The notes: generated from the sequence alone by a model not told the origin. DNA of 64,000 nt from Armatimonadota bacterium (GCA_041690135.1 JAWLHY010000003.1:320001-384000); one strand, 5' to 3'; positions 26,901-35,156 are shown, numbered from the stretch's first letter. A program made the numbers and translations.

Positions 26901-28337
26901 CGAGAGGCCCATCAGGTCGCGCACCTGCTCGATTTCGCGCATCCGGGCCTCGGCGCGGCGCTCGTCCTTCATCCAGCGGGTCAGGAAAAGGCGGATCTGG
27001 CTGCGGTCGAACCCTTCCAGGTAGGTGAAACGGCTGCGTGGCAGGCGGGCGACCTCGTGCCCCAGGGAAGTGCGCACCTGGTGGTCGTTCTCGAAATGCT
27101 GGGTCCGGCTGGTAACGACGAGGCGGGCATTCCCCCGCACCGCCTGGAGCAGCGCGCGGAAGTGCTCCCCGGCGCGGGTGTAGGTCACCCGGAGGGCCAG
27201 CTCATCAAACCCGTCAAACAGCAGGACCAGGCGTCCCTGCTCCAGCATGTAATTGAAGGCGGGCAGGTCGATCCGCTGCATGCCGCACCGCGTCAGGTGT
27301 TGCGCGATGAGGCTCTCCAGTTCCTGCGCCTTCTCCAGGCCCCGGAGCTCGATCAAGAGCGGGATCGGGGTGTCCGCGTCCGGCGTGGTTTCCAGCCGGT
27401 GCGTGAGGCGGCGTGCCAACTGGCGGAGCAAGAACGACTTACCATGCCCGAAGTTGCCGAGCACCAGCACGAAGCGCCCCTGGGGTTCCGATACCCACTG
27501 CTCCAGCACTTCCAGGGCATTCGGCTCCCGCCGCTCTTCTTCCCCAAAACGGTAGCGCAGGCGCTGGGGAACATACAGCTCCGCCGGATAGCGCTGGTCC
27601 GCGGCCAGGCGCTCCATCTGAGTGCGGAGGTAGGGGCGGAAGTCGATCAACTCCTGGTACGCCCGCACACTGGTCAGGCGGATGCGGTGTCGCCGCGCCT
27701 CCTGGGCCAGTTCCGCCGCGGGGGTGCCGCCACATACCAGGACGGATACCGCTCCGGGGTCTGCCGCGCGCACCCCGTCGTGGAGCTTGCGGAAGGCCTG
27801 CAGATGCCGGGCGCCGCACTCCTGCGCGGTGATGCCGAGGGCGTATTCTCGCGAAAAGTCCGCGTCGAGCCCCACACAAACTCGGAAACAGCCGTCCAGC
27901 ACCCCGGATGGGTCTTCAAGCCGCTCCAGCTCGACCCCCTCCCGCCCCTCCCGCAGCCGGCATGCCTGGGCGATCTGCTGGACCAGCGGGTAAGCAGCCT
28001 CGCGCAGCAGGGCCTCGGTCGTGATCTCCCGGTTCTCTTTGTGCAAAGGCCTGGCGTTGGGTTGCAGCTCCTGCGCCGTCGCGATGAGGAGTTCGTGACC
28101 GGGGTTGTTGCGCAGCGCCGCCTCCAGCAAGGCCGTGAGGCGGTCCTCCTCTAGCGCCCACCGGAGGAGGTCCATGACCACCGCCTCCTGGGTCTCCCCC
28201 GAACTGACACGTCGCAGGTTGACGTTCAGCTCCTGCAGCGTCATCCGCGCCAGGTCCACGCGGCGGGGGAAGGCCGCGAGCAGTGCCTCGCGGAGGCGGG
28301 CTTGTTGTTCGGCGGTAAGACTTTCGCGGCTGTTCAC
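23946..28337 (-). CDS. EAD1 - NACHT NTPase - pentapeptide repeat - 14xWD40 protein (bacterial NLR/STAND-like)
   Basis: N-terminal L.EALL.AFP...L..M....L..NL...WA....LL.AA...NPG (EAD1); Walker A GNFGHGKS; Walker B LLFDGFDE; VTSR; SHNPRML; FIHQS; A(D/N)LXX repeats; 14 GH..W(D/E) repeats of 42 aa. The GTG at 28337 lies 6 nt after TATAAT. Confidence 0.88.
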   Translation of the reverse strand: MNSRESLTAEQQARLREALLAAFPRRVDLARMTLQELNVNLRRVSSGETQEAVVMDLLRWALEEDRLTALLEAALRNNPGHELLIATAQELQPNARPLHKENREITTEALLREAAYPLVQQIAQACRLREGREGVELERLEDPSGVLDGCFRVCVGLDADFSREYALGITAQECGARHLQAFRKLHDGVRAADPGAVSVLVCGGTPAAELAQEARRHRIRLTSVRAYQELIDFRPYLRTQMERLAADQRYPAELYVPQRLRYRFGEEERREPNALEVLEQWVSEPQGRFVLVLGNFGHGKSFLLRQLARRLTHRLETTPDADTPIPLLIELRGLEKAQELESLIAQHLTRCGMQRIDLPAFNYMLEQGRLVLLFDGFDELALRVTYTRAGEHFRALLQAVRGNARLVVTSRTQHFENDHQVRTSLGHEVARLPRSRFTYLEGFDRSQIRLFLTRWMKDERRAEARMREIEQVRDLMGLSHNPRMLSFIAELEDEDLQAAKREGEAITAAGLYEQLIERWFRYEVQRAQPSGAPPTLSPQDRWEAVTQVALRLWDRLEASVNVRDLTEEMQARLLSLDANPVDAAGAAFQVGSGTLLQRDGEGNFSFIHQSVMEFLIARRVARDLQERGESSTLGTREFSLLMREFLVGLAEKEALVAWSLGALHGGGSGETAAMNARALLARLGRSAPERYAGKELRGSDFTGQDLRGAYFREANLREALLRQANLAEADLTGAELTGADLAGANLKCSLLTKARLHGARLDGAELDEADLTGASFVQASLLGTRLHGTHMEGADLWRARTAGTNPPLRDEQPLPLTQRPVGRIQDVALHPRGDVLAGACGSVVVLWDMGTGQELRHLAGHTGDVTSVGWDPQGEWLASGSDDRTVRIWEASTGRAVRHLQGHTGSVTSVAWHPQGEWLASGSDDRTVRIWEASADREVQRLKGHAGSVTSVGWDPQGERLASGSDDRTVRIWEASTGRELRRLEGHAGSVTAVAWHPQGERLVSGCDDRTLRIWEISTGRELRRLKGHTEFVTCVTWAPEGERLASGSGDRTVRIWEASTGRELRRLDGHAHWVRCVVWDPQGKRLASGSEDRTVRIWEASTGREVLRLKGHTVWVRCVAWDWQGQRLASASHGETVRIWETSTGREVQRLDGHRTHVTCVAWHPQGERLASGSDDETVRIWEASTGREVQRLDGHRANVTSVAWHPQGVRLASGCDDRTLRIWEASTGRELRRLEGHGGSVTSVAWHPQGERLVSGSSDRTVRIWEASTGRELRRLEGHTNSLASVAWHPQGERLVSGSSDRTVRIWEASTGRELQRMQRHTSRVTAVAWSAGGERLASGDEKGVIQLWTVQLAQEPVRVAGHEGGVLALAWDPWGKRLASGSEDGTIRIWDVESGRCLAVLAPLPEGWAAFTPEGRYRVGGDPTGFWHAIGLCRYEPGELDPYYPGLRLKDDELLIPPPA
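24130..25885 (-). repeat. Tandem 126-bp WD40-coding repeats (14 units, central 11 highly similar)
   Basis: ccggtgctcgcctccca(g/a)atccgcaccgtcc recurs at 126-bp spacing. Confidence 0.9.
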
Positions 28338-28343
28338 ACCGAG

Positions 28344-28351
28344 ATTATACT
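28344..28351. promoter_or_regulatory. Overlapping divergent -10 elements
   Basis: attatact reads TATAAT on the minus strand (28349-28344) and TATACT on the plus strand (28346-28351). Confidence 0.6.
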
Positions 28352-28413
28352 TGATTGGTCTTCCATAAAACGCGACCGCAGCCCCGGGGTTCATCCCACA
28401 GCAAAGGCGTTCC

Positions 28414-30171
28414 ATGCCCGATCTCACTTCCGACCAGCGCGTCGCGCTCCAAACAGCCCTCACCGAGACCTTCTCCTCCGTCGCCACCCTGGCGGGCGCG
28501 GTGGCGGCCGCCGTGAACGTTCCGGTGCAAGAGATCACCACGGCCACCGGGGATGCAGCCGTTGCGGATGCGGCGTTCGAAGTCGTGGAATGGGCCCTGG
28601 ACGAAGACCGCGTGGAGGAGCTTCTCCGGTTGATCCGGAAGCAGAACCCGCTTCACCCCGGGGCGCTCCGTCTCGCGGGAGAGTTGCTGAAGGAAGCGCC
28701 GGAGGCGGTCATCCGCGAGTTTGAGCGGCAACTCCTGCCCGCGGGCAGTGGAGACACCCTGGAGTTGCTGCGAGAACGGGTGCTCCCGGCCGTGCGCCGG
28801 GCGGGACGGGCCGACCTGGAGACGGAGGTTCTGCGCCGGTTGTTCACGGCGCCCTGGCTCCTCCGGTCGCTGGAGGTGCGCTCCGTTCGAAACGTCGAGC
28901 ACGTTCTTCTGAAATTCGACCGGTCCCTGCGCCCCGGGCAATGGCTGTTCCTGGTGGGAGAGAACGGCGCCGGCAAGAGCTCGCTGCTCCGCGCGATCTG
29001 TCTCGCGCTCTGCAGCGACGCCGCGGCCAACGCGCTGCTGGGCTATCTCTCCGCAGACGCGCCCACCATCCGGCGCGGCTCCGATACCGCGCGCGTCGAG
29101 CTCACCGGCGGCTGGCCGGTGCCTCCCCGGGTGGTGCGGAGGGCGGAGCGCCTCGAACAGGTGGAGGCGCGACTGGAGTTCTCCCCGCCCTTCCTCGTGG
29201 CATACGGCGCGCGGAGAGGGTCCGCCGCGGGCGGTACAACCGAAAATGTGATGAGGGAGCTCGACAATCCGGTTGCCGCGGTGGCGACGTTGTTCGACGA
29301 GCGCTCTCCGGTGATTTCCGCGCAGGTCTGGCTAACCGACGAAGCCGACGCGGCCGAACGGGCCGGCTCCGGGTCGGAGCGGGACGCCTTCCTTCGGGCC
29401 GTGGAGCGCGCCCTGGCCGGCTTCCTGCCCGGTGGCGCTGAAGCCAATTCCATGGAAGTGACCGGCGAAGGGGTCTGGGTAACAGGCCCCCAGGTCGGGA
29501 CCCACACGCCGCTGGCGGCGTTGAGCGACGGCTATCTCACCACGCTGGGGTGGACCGTCGACTTCATCGCTCGCTGGGCCGCTGAAGCACGCCGCCGGGG
29601 CCTCCCGGTCGACGGGGAGTTCGCCCAGCGGATGGCGGGGGTGGTCCTGGTGGACGACATCGACGTGCACCTGCACCCACGCTGGCAGTACACGCTGGTG
29701 GACGACCTGAGCCGGACCTTTCCCCAGCTCACCTTTGTGGTCACCACGCACAACCCGCTGACGCTGCTCGGCGCCGAAGAGGGCGAGGTACACCTCGTTC
29801 GCCAGGGAGCGGAGGGTGTCGTCGAAGTCCGGCAGATCGACATTCCTCTCGGGATGGACGTCGACCAGATCCTTACCGGGGAATGGTTCGGGCTTCCCGC
29901 CACCCTGGACCCGGACACCGTCGCGCTCATCCGCCGGTACCAGGCCGCCCTGCTGGAAGACCATGCATCGCCGGAGACCAGGCAGCTCCAGCGAGACCTC
30001 ATCCGGCGGCTGGGGAGCCCCTGGCCCCGGGAGTCCACCGGTTTGCTGAGCAGCGAATCCGCGGAACGCGCGGAGCCGGCATCCGATGCCACCCGCCGCA
30101 AGGCCTCGGAGTGGCTGGCCGCGCGGCGGCGCGCCCGCGGGAGCGGGCCGGCAGGAGATCCGCAGGCATGA
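28414..30171 (+). CDS. EAD1-fused ABC-type (AAA_15/AAA_21, PtuA-like) ATPase
   Basis: N-terminal ~90-aa EAD1-like domain; Walker A GENGAGKS; signature LSDGY; Walker B/D-loop VLVDDIDVHLHPRWQ; H-loop VTTHNP. Confidence 0.85.
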   Translation: MPDLTSDQRVALQTALTETFSSVATLAGAVAAAVNVPVQEITTATGDAAVADAAFEVVEWALDEDRVEELLRLIRKQNPLHPGALRLAGELLKEAPEAVIREFERQLLPAGSGDTLELLRERVLPAVRRAGRADLETEVLRRLFTAPWLLRSLEVRSVRNVEHVLLKFDRSLRPGQWLFLVGENGAGKSSLLRAICLALCSDAAANALLGYLSADAPTIRRGSDTARVELTGGWPVPPRVVRRAERLEQVEARLEFSPPFLVAYGARRGSAAGGTTENVMRELDNPVAAVATLFDERSPVISAQVWLTDEADAAERAGSGSERDAFLRAVERALAGFLPGGAEANSMEVTGEGVWVTGPQVGTHTPLAALSDGYLTTLGWTVDFIARWAAEARRRGLPVDGEFAQRMAGVVLVDDIDVHLHPRWQYTLVDDLSRTFPQLTFVVTTHNPLTLLGAEEGEVHLVRQGAEGVVEVRQIDIPLGMDVDQILTGEWFGLPATLDPDTVALIRRYQAALLEDHASPETRQLQRDLIRRLGSPWPRESTGLLSSESAERAEPASDATRRKASEWLAARRRARGSGPAGDPQA

Positions 30172-31154
30172 TCCGGTACCGGCGTCCACCCAAACCGCGG
30201 AACTTCGACGACCGCATGCAGCGGGTCGTGGAGCGTGCCGCTAACCGTGCTGCGGCCGTGGAGAAAGAGAAGGCCCCGGAGCCCTGGAAGCACTACAAGC
30301 GGTACTTCCGCCGTGCCCAGTTCGACAAGTGCGGCTACTGTGAATGTACCTGCGCCAACCATCCGGGGGCTGTCGAGCACTATGCGCCGAAAGGCCAGGT
30401 TTCGCGCCTGGTTTGTTGCGGCGATGAGCGAAGCGGGGACGAGCCCGAGGTTCTCGAGCGCAACGTGGAAGTGTGTTCCTCTACGGGTTACCACTGGCTT
30501 GCGCTGGAATGGGACAACTGGCTTCTCGCATGTTACCGCTGCAACAGCAGTTGGAAGGGCACGTTGTTCCCTCTCCGTGAGGACGATGGGAATCCCTACA
30601 CCCCGAGTGTAGAAGATTGGCCGCGTCGCCTGCTGCTGAACCCGTTCGATCACGATCCGGAACTGGAGCTCGGGTTCGATCACCTGGGAGCGGTTTTCCC
30701 CCACAACGATAGTCCGGCGGGCCGTGCGACCATCGATACCTGTGGTCTCCATCGCATCTCGCTGGTCAACCTCCGTCGGCGGGTTGCTCATCCCGCGGAT
30801 AGTGAAGCCCGGAAACTGAGGAAGGCACTACGCCGGGAAGCTTGGGACAAGGTGGCGGCCCGGCTCAAGCCTTTGGTCCTGGCGGGCCGGAGTTGTATGC
30901 CGCACGCGGGGGCCATACGTAGTTGCCTCCGCATGCGCACCGGGCTTACGTGGGCACAAGCTCGCGTACTTCGCCTCTTCCTCCGGCAGGTCAAACGGTT
31001 TCTTCTGGCGATCGAGCATGACCGGCACATGCACGCCGAGCGGGCTTTGCGCTGGATGAGATTACTCTATGCCTCTCCGTTGGCCCCAAGGGAGTTGCTT
31101 CTCCAGGCGTTTTGCGCCCAGACCGGCGGCAGCGAGGACGACCTCCACGCCTGA
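30168..31154 (+). CDS. HNH endonuclease (PtuB/retron-effector-like)
   Basis: ATGA overlap with the ATPase stop and GGAG SD; KCGYCE, VEHYAPKG, YHWLA.EWDN.LLAC.RCN..KG..FP, LLNP...DP and TI..CGL.R..L. Confidence 0.88.
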   Translation: MIRYRRPPKPRNFDDRMQRVVERAANRAAAVEKEKAPEPWKHYKRYFRRAQFDKCGYCECTCANHPGAVEHYAPKGQVSRLVCCGDERSGDEPEVLERNVEVCSSTGYHWLALEWDNWLLACYRCNSSWKGTLFPLREDDGNPYTPSVEDWPRRLLLNPFDHDPELELGFDHLGAVFPHNDSPAGRATIDTCGLHRISLVNLRRRVAHPADSEARKLRKALRREAWDKVAARLKPLVLAGRSCMPHAGAIRSCLRMRTGLTWAQARVLRLFLRQVKRFLLAIEHDRHMHAERALRWMRLLYASPLAPRELLLQAFCAQTGGSEDDLHA

Positions 31155-31235
31155 TCTGCGTCAAGAAGAGGTCGGAAGGGCCGGCCACCCCTATACTCCC
31201 ACACTTCCACACTCCCAAGCCACACAGGCAATCAA

Positions 31236-33776
31236 TCAGTTTAGGGGCGCGTCCGCATCTTCCTCCCGGCTGGCTTTCACCCATCTCTCCGCGTGGCGCA
31301 GCGCGGTTGGAAGCTGTGCCAGGGTCAGCGCACCTCCCAACAGGGCGAGGCTGGAGAGTAGAACAGGCAGGTACGGGCCGAGCCCCAGAGCGTGGCCCGC
31401 TGCGGCGAGGAATACCACGCCTATCAACAGCACCAGGCCCAGGCCGGCGCCCAGTGACCGCCAGGAGGAGTTTCGGGCGTTCCGGGGCCATCCCCGGAAC
31501 GCATCCAGTCCCTGGTACAAGATCAGGCCCACGACCACCGCCGCGGCGCCCGTCCAGACCGGAACCCAATACCAGCCGGCCCCAAACAAGACGGCCATCC
31601 CAACCCAAAGCAATGATGCCGCGAGGCCTGCACCGAACGTGGGAAGCACCTCGATGACCGCGACCCAGAGGGTGCCGCGCACGATCTCGCCGTTCGACAT
31701 GGGCGATAGCCGCAGGTCCTGCCGCTGCTGCCGGTGGGATGCCCCCAGCCCCTCTCCACCGATGGAGCCGGTGAGACTCGCGCCGAACAGGAACCCCAGC
31801 GTCAGCGTGCCTGCTGCGGCCATTAGCCCGGTCTGGGCGCCCAGGTTGAGCCCGGGCAGATTGGCGGGGATCTCCAGCACCGCGGGAAACGGCTGGCCGC
31901 TGCTCCGGCCGGTATGGAGTGCATAGAAGACGGCCCCCAGGATGGAGATGACCCCCATGACGAGAGGGGCGCGGATCAACCGCACGGTCAAGGCGCCGTC
32001 GCGCAGGCTGCGTCGCCGGAGGGACACGGAGAACACGGCATTGTCCCAGGCCGCCGCCGCACGGTGTAGCGCCGCCATTGCCGGGTCCCGCTCCGGGGTA
32101 ACGGGATCGCCTGGCGGAAGGGGCCGTCGTAGCACCACCAGGGCCAGGGTCGCGCCGGCCAACAGCGGGAGAGTCCAGGGCATCCAGGGTGGAACCGGGG
32201 ATGCCGCGCGGACGGGTGAGAACTGGCAGAGGAGCAGGTAGAGGGGGCTGACGGCCGCGACCTGATGCGTCTGGGGGTCCGCGGTCACTCCGAACAGCGC
32301 CACTCCGGGCAGGAGATAGGTAGCCAGCCAGGCCCAGGCGTGCAGCATGCCCCGGAGCACCGTCGTCAGCGGCCCGGCCGGCCCCAACAGCATCCGGTTG
32401 CGGAAGTACCGCCACCCCAGGCCAAAACCGAACGTCACCCCGGCCGACGCGAGGAGACCCGGAAGGACACGCATCATGTCCGCCAGCGGGAACACACCGC
32501 CCGCCAGGCCTGCCAGCAGGACAAAGAGCACCGCGGCGGCGGCGGACTGTCCCCACGCCAGGCCTGCGCTGCGGATAGTGCGCCAGGTCGAGCGCTCTTC
32601 CCCGTCACGGCCGCAGCGAAGCACCTCCAGAAAGATGCTGTGGATGAGCAATAGGCCGATGAGCAGGAGGGCCGTAACGCCTCCCGCCGGAGTGGATTGT
32701 CCGACCAGCGTTCCGAGCCGGCCCGATTCGATCCACCACGGCCACAGAAAACCCACCAGGAGAAAGAGCAGACAGGGGAAGGCGAGATTCTGCAGGCTCA
32801 CTCGCAGCCGGGTCATGAAGTCCGGCGGCTCTCTCTCGGGCCGGTCCGCAGGTTCTCCCGCGTTCGGATCCTCTTCCGGCTCCGGCTCCGGGCCCGTCCC
32901 CCAGAGTTGTGCCGCTTCATGGAGCCGCAGGAGTCCGCGGGTGGACCAGTACGCCAGGAATAGCCAGAGCGGCGCGACCTCCCACTGGAAGAAGGGGCGC
33001 GGCTCTCCGACCAGTCGCAGAAGGTCGAGCACCCAGTTGTGCTCCCCGAACGCGCCGACGGCCCGCGCCAGCCCATCGAGCCAGAAGGATGACCCGGGGC
33101 GAACCCTGGCCGCTGCCCCCATCAGGAGAACGAGTAGAAGGCCGTAAGCCCCCAGCGCGCGCCAGAGGGTGGGGAGGGGGCGGTGTGCCGCTTTGGAGCG
33201 ACCGGCGGGCCCCGCTTCCGTCTCCTGACCCGGAGACCAGCCCTCGGCGTGCTGGAGGGCTCCATTCACCTCTCCGGGTGAGGGAAGCCCCAGGCTAAGG
33301 AGCAGCAGGAGCAGGTAGAGCACGCTCAGAATGCGGAGCGGCGGATGGCCGTAGAGGAAGATCAGGAAGTAGACCGGCAGCGGGGCCAGGAGCGAGGGCA
33401 GGCGCAGGGCCGCGCGGGCCAGGCCGAGTTTGAACAGGAACTCGCGCGACGAGAGGGGCAGCAGGCGGAGAAAGTGCAGGCGGTGCTCCCGGGCCTCTTC
33501 ATCCAGGGACAGCGTGGGACTGCCGCCGCCCCAGACCCCCAGGACGTGAAAGAACGCCAGGACGGAAACGAGGACCAGGCTGAAGGGCCGGTCGAGCCAG
33601 ACTCTCCCCGCGGGAGAGGTCGCCTGGTAGAGCAGGTGGAGCAACAGCACCAGCGCTGCCGGCATCGCGGTTCCGCGGAACAATGTCCACCAGGGGCCCT
33701 CGTTGCGGAGCCACCGTTTCCCCTGCAGACGGAGGAACGGGTTCTCGGTGAGCCACTCCCGCAGCCACTCCGCCAT
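31236..33776 (-). CDS. Polytopic membrane protein with two ABC-2 permease-like halves
   Basis: Many TM segments. Each half starts with ENPFL..R or DNAVF..R and contains L.L.P(L/M)S..E. It begins 3 nt after the mnmE stop. Confidence 0.6.
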   Translation of the reverse strand: MAEWLREWLTENPFLRLQGKRWLRNEGPWWTLFRGTAMPAALVLLLHLLYQATSPAGRVWLDRPFSLVLVSVLAFFHVLGVWGGGSPTLSLDEEAREHRLHFLRLLPLSSREFLFKLGLARAALRLPSLLAPLPVYFLIFLYGHPPLRILSVLYLLLLLLSLGLPSPGEVNGALQHAEGWSPGQETEAGPAGRSKAAHRPLPTLWRALGAYGLLLVLLMGAAARVRPGSSFWLDGLARAVGAFGEHNWVLDLLRLVGEPRPFFQWEVAPLWLFLAYWSTRGLLRLHEAAQLWGTGPEPEPEEDPNAGEPADRPEREPPDFMTRLRVSLQNLAFPCLLFLLVGFLWPWWIESGRLGTLVGQSTPAGGVTALLLIGLLLIHSIFLEVLRCGRDGEERSTWRTIRSAGLAWGQSAAAAVLFVLLAGLAGGVFPLADMMRVLPGLLASAGVTFGFGLGWRYFRNRMLLGPAGPLTTVLRGMLHAWAWLATYLLPGVALFGVTADPQTHQVAAVSPLYLLLCQFSPVRAASPVPPWMPWTLPLLAGATLALVVLRRPLPPGDPVTPERDPAMAALHRAAAAWDNAVFSVSLRRRSLRDGALTVRLIRAPLVMGVISILGAVFYALHTGRSSGQPFPAVLEIPANLPGLNLGAQTGLMAAAGTLTLGFLFGASLTGSIGGEGLGASHRQQRQDLRLSPMSNGEIVRGTLWVAVIEVLPTFGAGLAASLLWVGMAVLFGAGWYWVPVWTGAAAVVVGLILYQGLDAFRGWPRNARNSSWRSLGAGLGLVLLIGVVFLAAAGHALGLGPYLPVLLSSLALLGGALTLAQLPTALRHAERWVKASREEDADAPLN

Positions 33777-33779
33777 GGG

Positions 33780-35156
33780 CTATTTTCCGACGCAGAACCG
33801 GGCGAAGATCTGGCTGATGGTTTCTTCCGTCACCGTTTCCCCCGTAATCTCCCCCAGCGCCTCCGCGGCCAGCCGCAGGTCCAGGGCAATCGCCGCCTGG
33901 TCGAATCCAGTGCCGGACGCTTCGATCGCTCGCTCCAGTGCTTCAACCGCTGTCTGCAGGCGTGCCTGGTGGCGGGTGTTGCTCACCCACACGCTGTCCG
34001 GGGTAAGCCCTCCCAGCAGCAGCCCCGCCAGCGCCTCTTCCAGGGCCTCCAGACCCTCGCCCGTGACCGCAGAGAGTGGCACAATCGGAATCTCGCGGGC
34101 AAACAACGCGGGAACGCTGGTCGGGTCGAGTTGAGTCCCTTGATCGATCTTGTTTGCCGCCACCAGGACTCGCACACCCTGGAGTTCGGCCGCGATTCGG
34201 ACGTCTTCCTCCGTGAGGCCTTCCGCCGCATCCAGCACCCACACGACCACATCCGCCGCGGCAATCTGGCCCCGCGCCCGCTCCACGCCCAGCGCCTCCA
34301 CGCGGTCCACGGTCTCACGCAGACCGGCCGTATCGATGGCGCGCACCGGAATGCCCCGGAGGTTCAGCGACTCCTCGATTATGTCCCGGGTCGTGCCGGG
34401 GATCTCGGTCACGATGGCCCGTTCTTCCCGCAGCAGCGCGTTTAGCAGGCTGCTCTTGCCCACATTCGGACGCCCGACCAGCACCAGGCTCGCCCCCTCC
34501 CGGTAGAGGCGGCCGGCATCTGCGGTCCGGAGCAGTTCCCGCGCCCGGTCGCGAACCCCCCGCGCCCGTTCCGCGACTTCCGCATCGGCCGGGGGCTCCT
34601 CGTCGTCCGGGAAGTCGATGGCGACCTCGATCTCCGCGAGGAGGGTGATCAGGGCATGCCGGAGCGCCGCGATCTCCCGCGAAAGACGGCCGGAAAGCTG
34701 ACCCGTGGCCACCCGCAGCGCGGCATCGGTCCGCGCGCGGATCACGTCGATCACCGACTCCGCCGCCGCCAGGTCGAGGCGGCCATTGAGAAAGGCCCGC
34801 TGCGTAAACTCTCCCGGCTCCGCCAACCGCGCCCCGGCCCGGACGAGATCCCGCAGCAGTGTCCCCAGTACCAGGTTGCTGCCGTGGCACGCCAGCTCCA
34901 CCACGTCTTCCCCGGTGTAGCTCCGCGGGCCGGCGTAATAAGTGAGCACGCACTCGTCCAGCTTCTCCTCGGTGTCGGGCCGCACCACATACCCGTACAC
35001 GGCGCGATGGCTCGGGGGGAGGGGGTCGGCCGGCGTCCGGTAGCGCCGGAACAGACCCAGGCACAACGGCATTGCCTGGGGCCCGCTGGCGCGGACGATC
35101 CCGATTCCGGCTTCCCCCGGCGCGGTGGCAATGGCGGCAATCGTGTCACCTGTCAT
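33780..35156 (-). CDS. mnmE: tRNA modification GTPase MnmE (TrmE)
   Basis: DTIAAIAT, SYTGED, GEFTQRAFLNG, GRPNVGKSSL, GTTRD, DTAG, NKID and C-terminal FCVGK. Confidence 0.97.
   Translation of the reverse strand: MTGDTIAAIATAPGEAGIGIVRASGPQAMPLCLGLFRRYRTPADPLPPSHRAVYGYVVRPDTEEKLDECVLTYYAGPRSYTGEDVVELACHGSNLVLGTLLRDLVRAGARLAEPGEFTQRAFLNGRLDLAAAESVIDVIRARTDAALRVATGQLSGRLSREIAALRHALITLLAEIEVAIDFPDDEEPPADAEVAERARGVRDRARELLRTADAGRLYREGASLVLVGRPNVGKSSLLNALLREERAIVTEIPGTTRDIIEESLNLRGIPVRAIDTAGLRETVDRVEALGVERARGQIAAADVVVWVLDAAEGLTEEDVRIAAELQGVRVLVAANKIDQGTQLDPTSVPALFAREIPIVPLSAVTGEGLEALEEALAGLLLGGLTPDSVWVSNTRHQARLQTAVEALERAIEASGTGFDQAAIALDLRLAAEALGEITGETVTEETISQIFARFCVGK

Noticed and set aside
28338-28547. 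Extended N-terminus of the NACHT ORF as given in the ORF track
   Set aside because: It overlaps the divergent ATPase gene. EAD1 similarity and the TATAAT position point to the GTG at 28337.
28414-31154. Retron (Ec78-like) or DGR interpretation of the ATPase+HNH and WD40 variability
   Set aside because: No reverse transcriptase, msr/msd-like region or template repeat is visible in the window.
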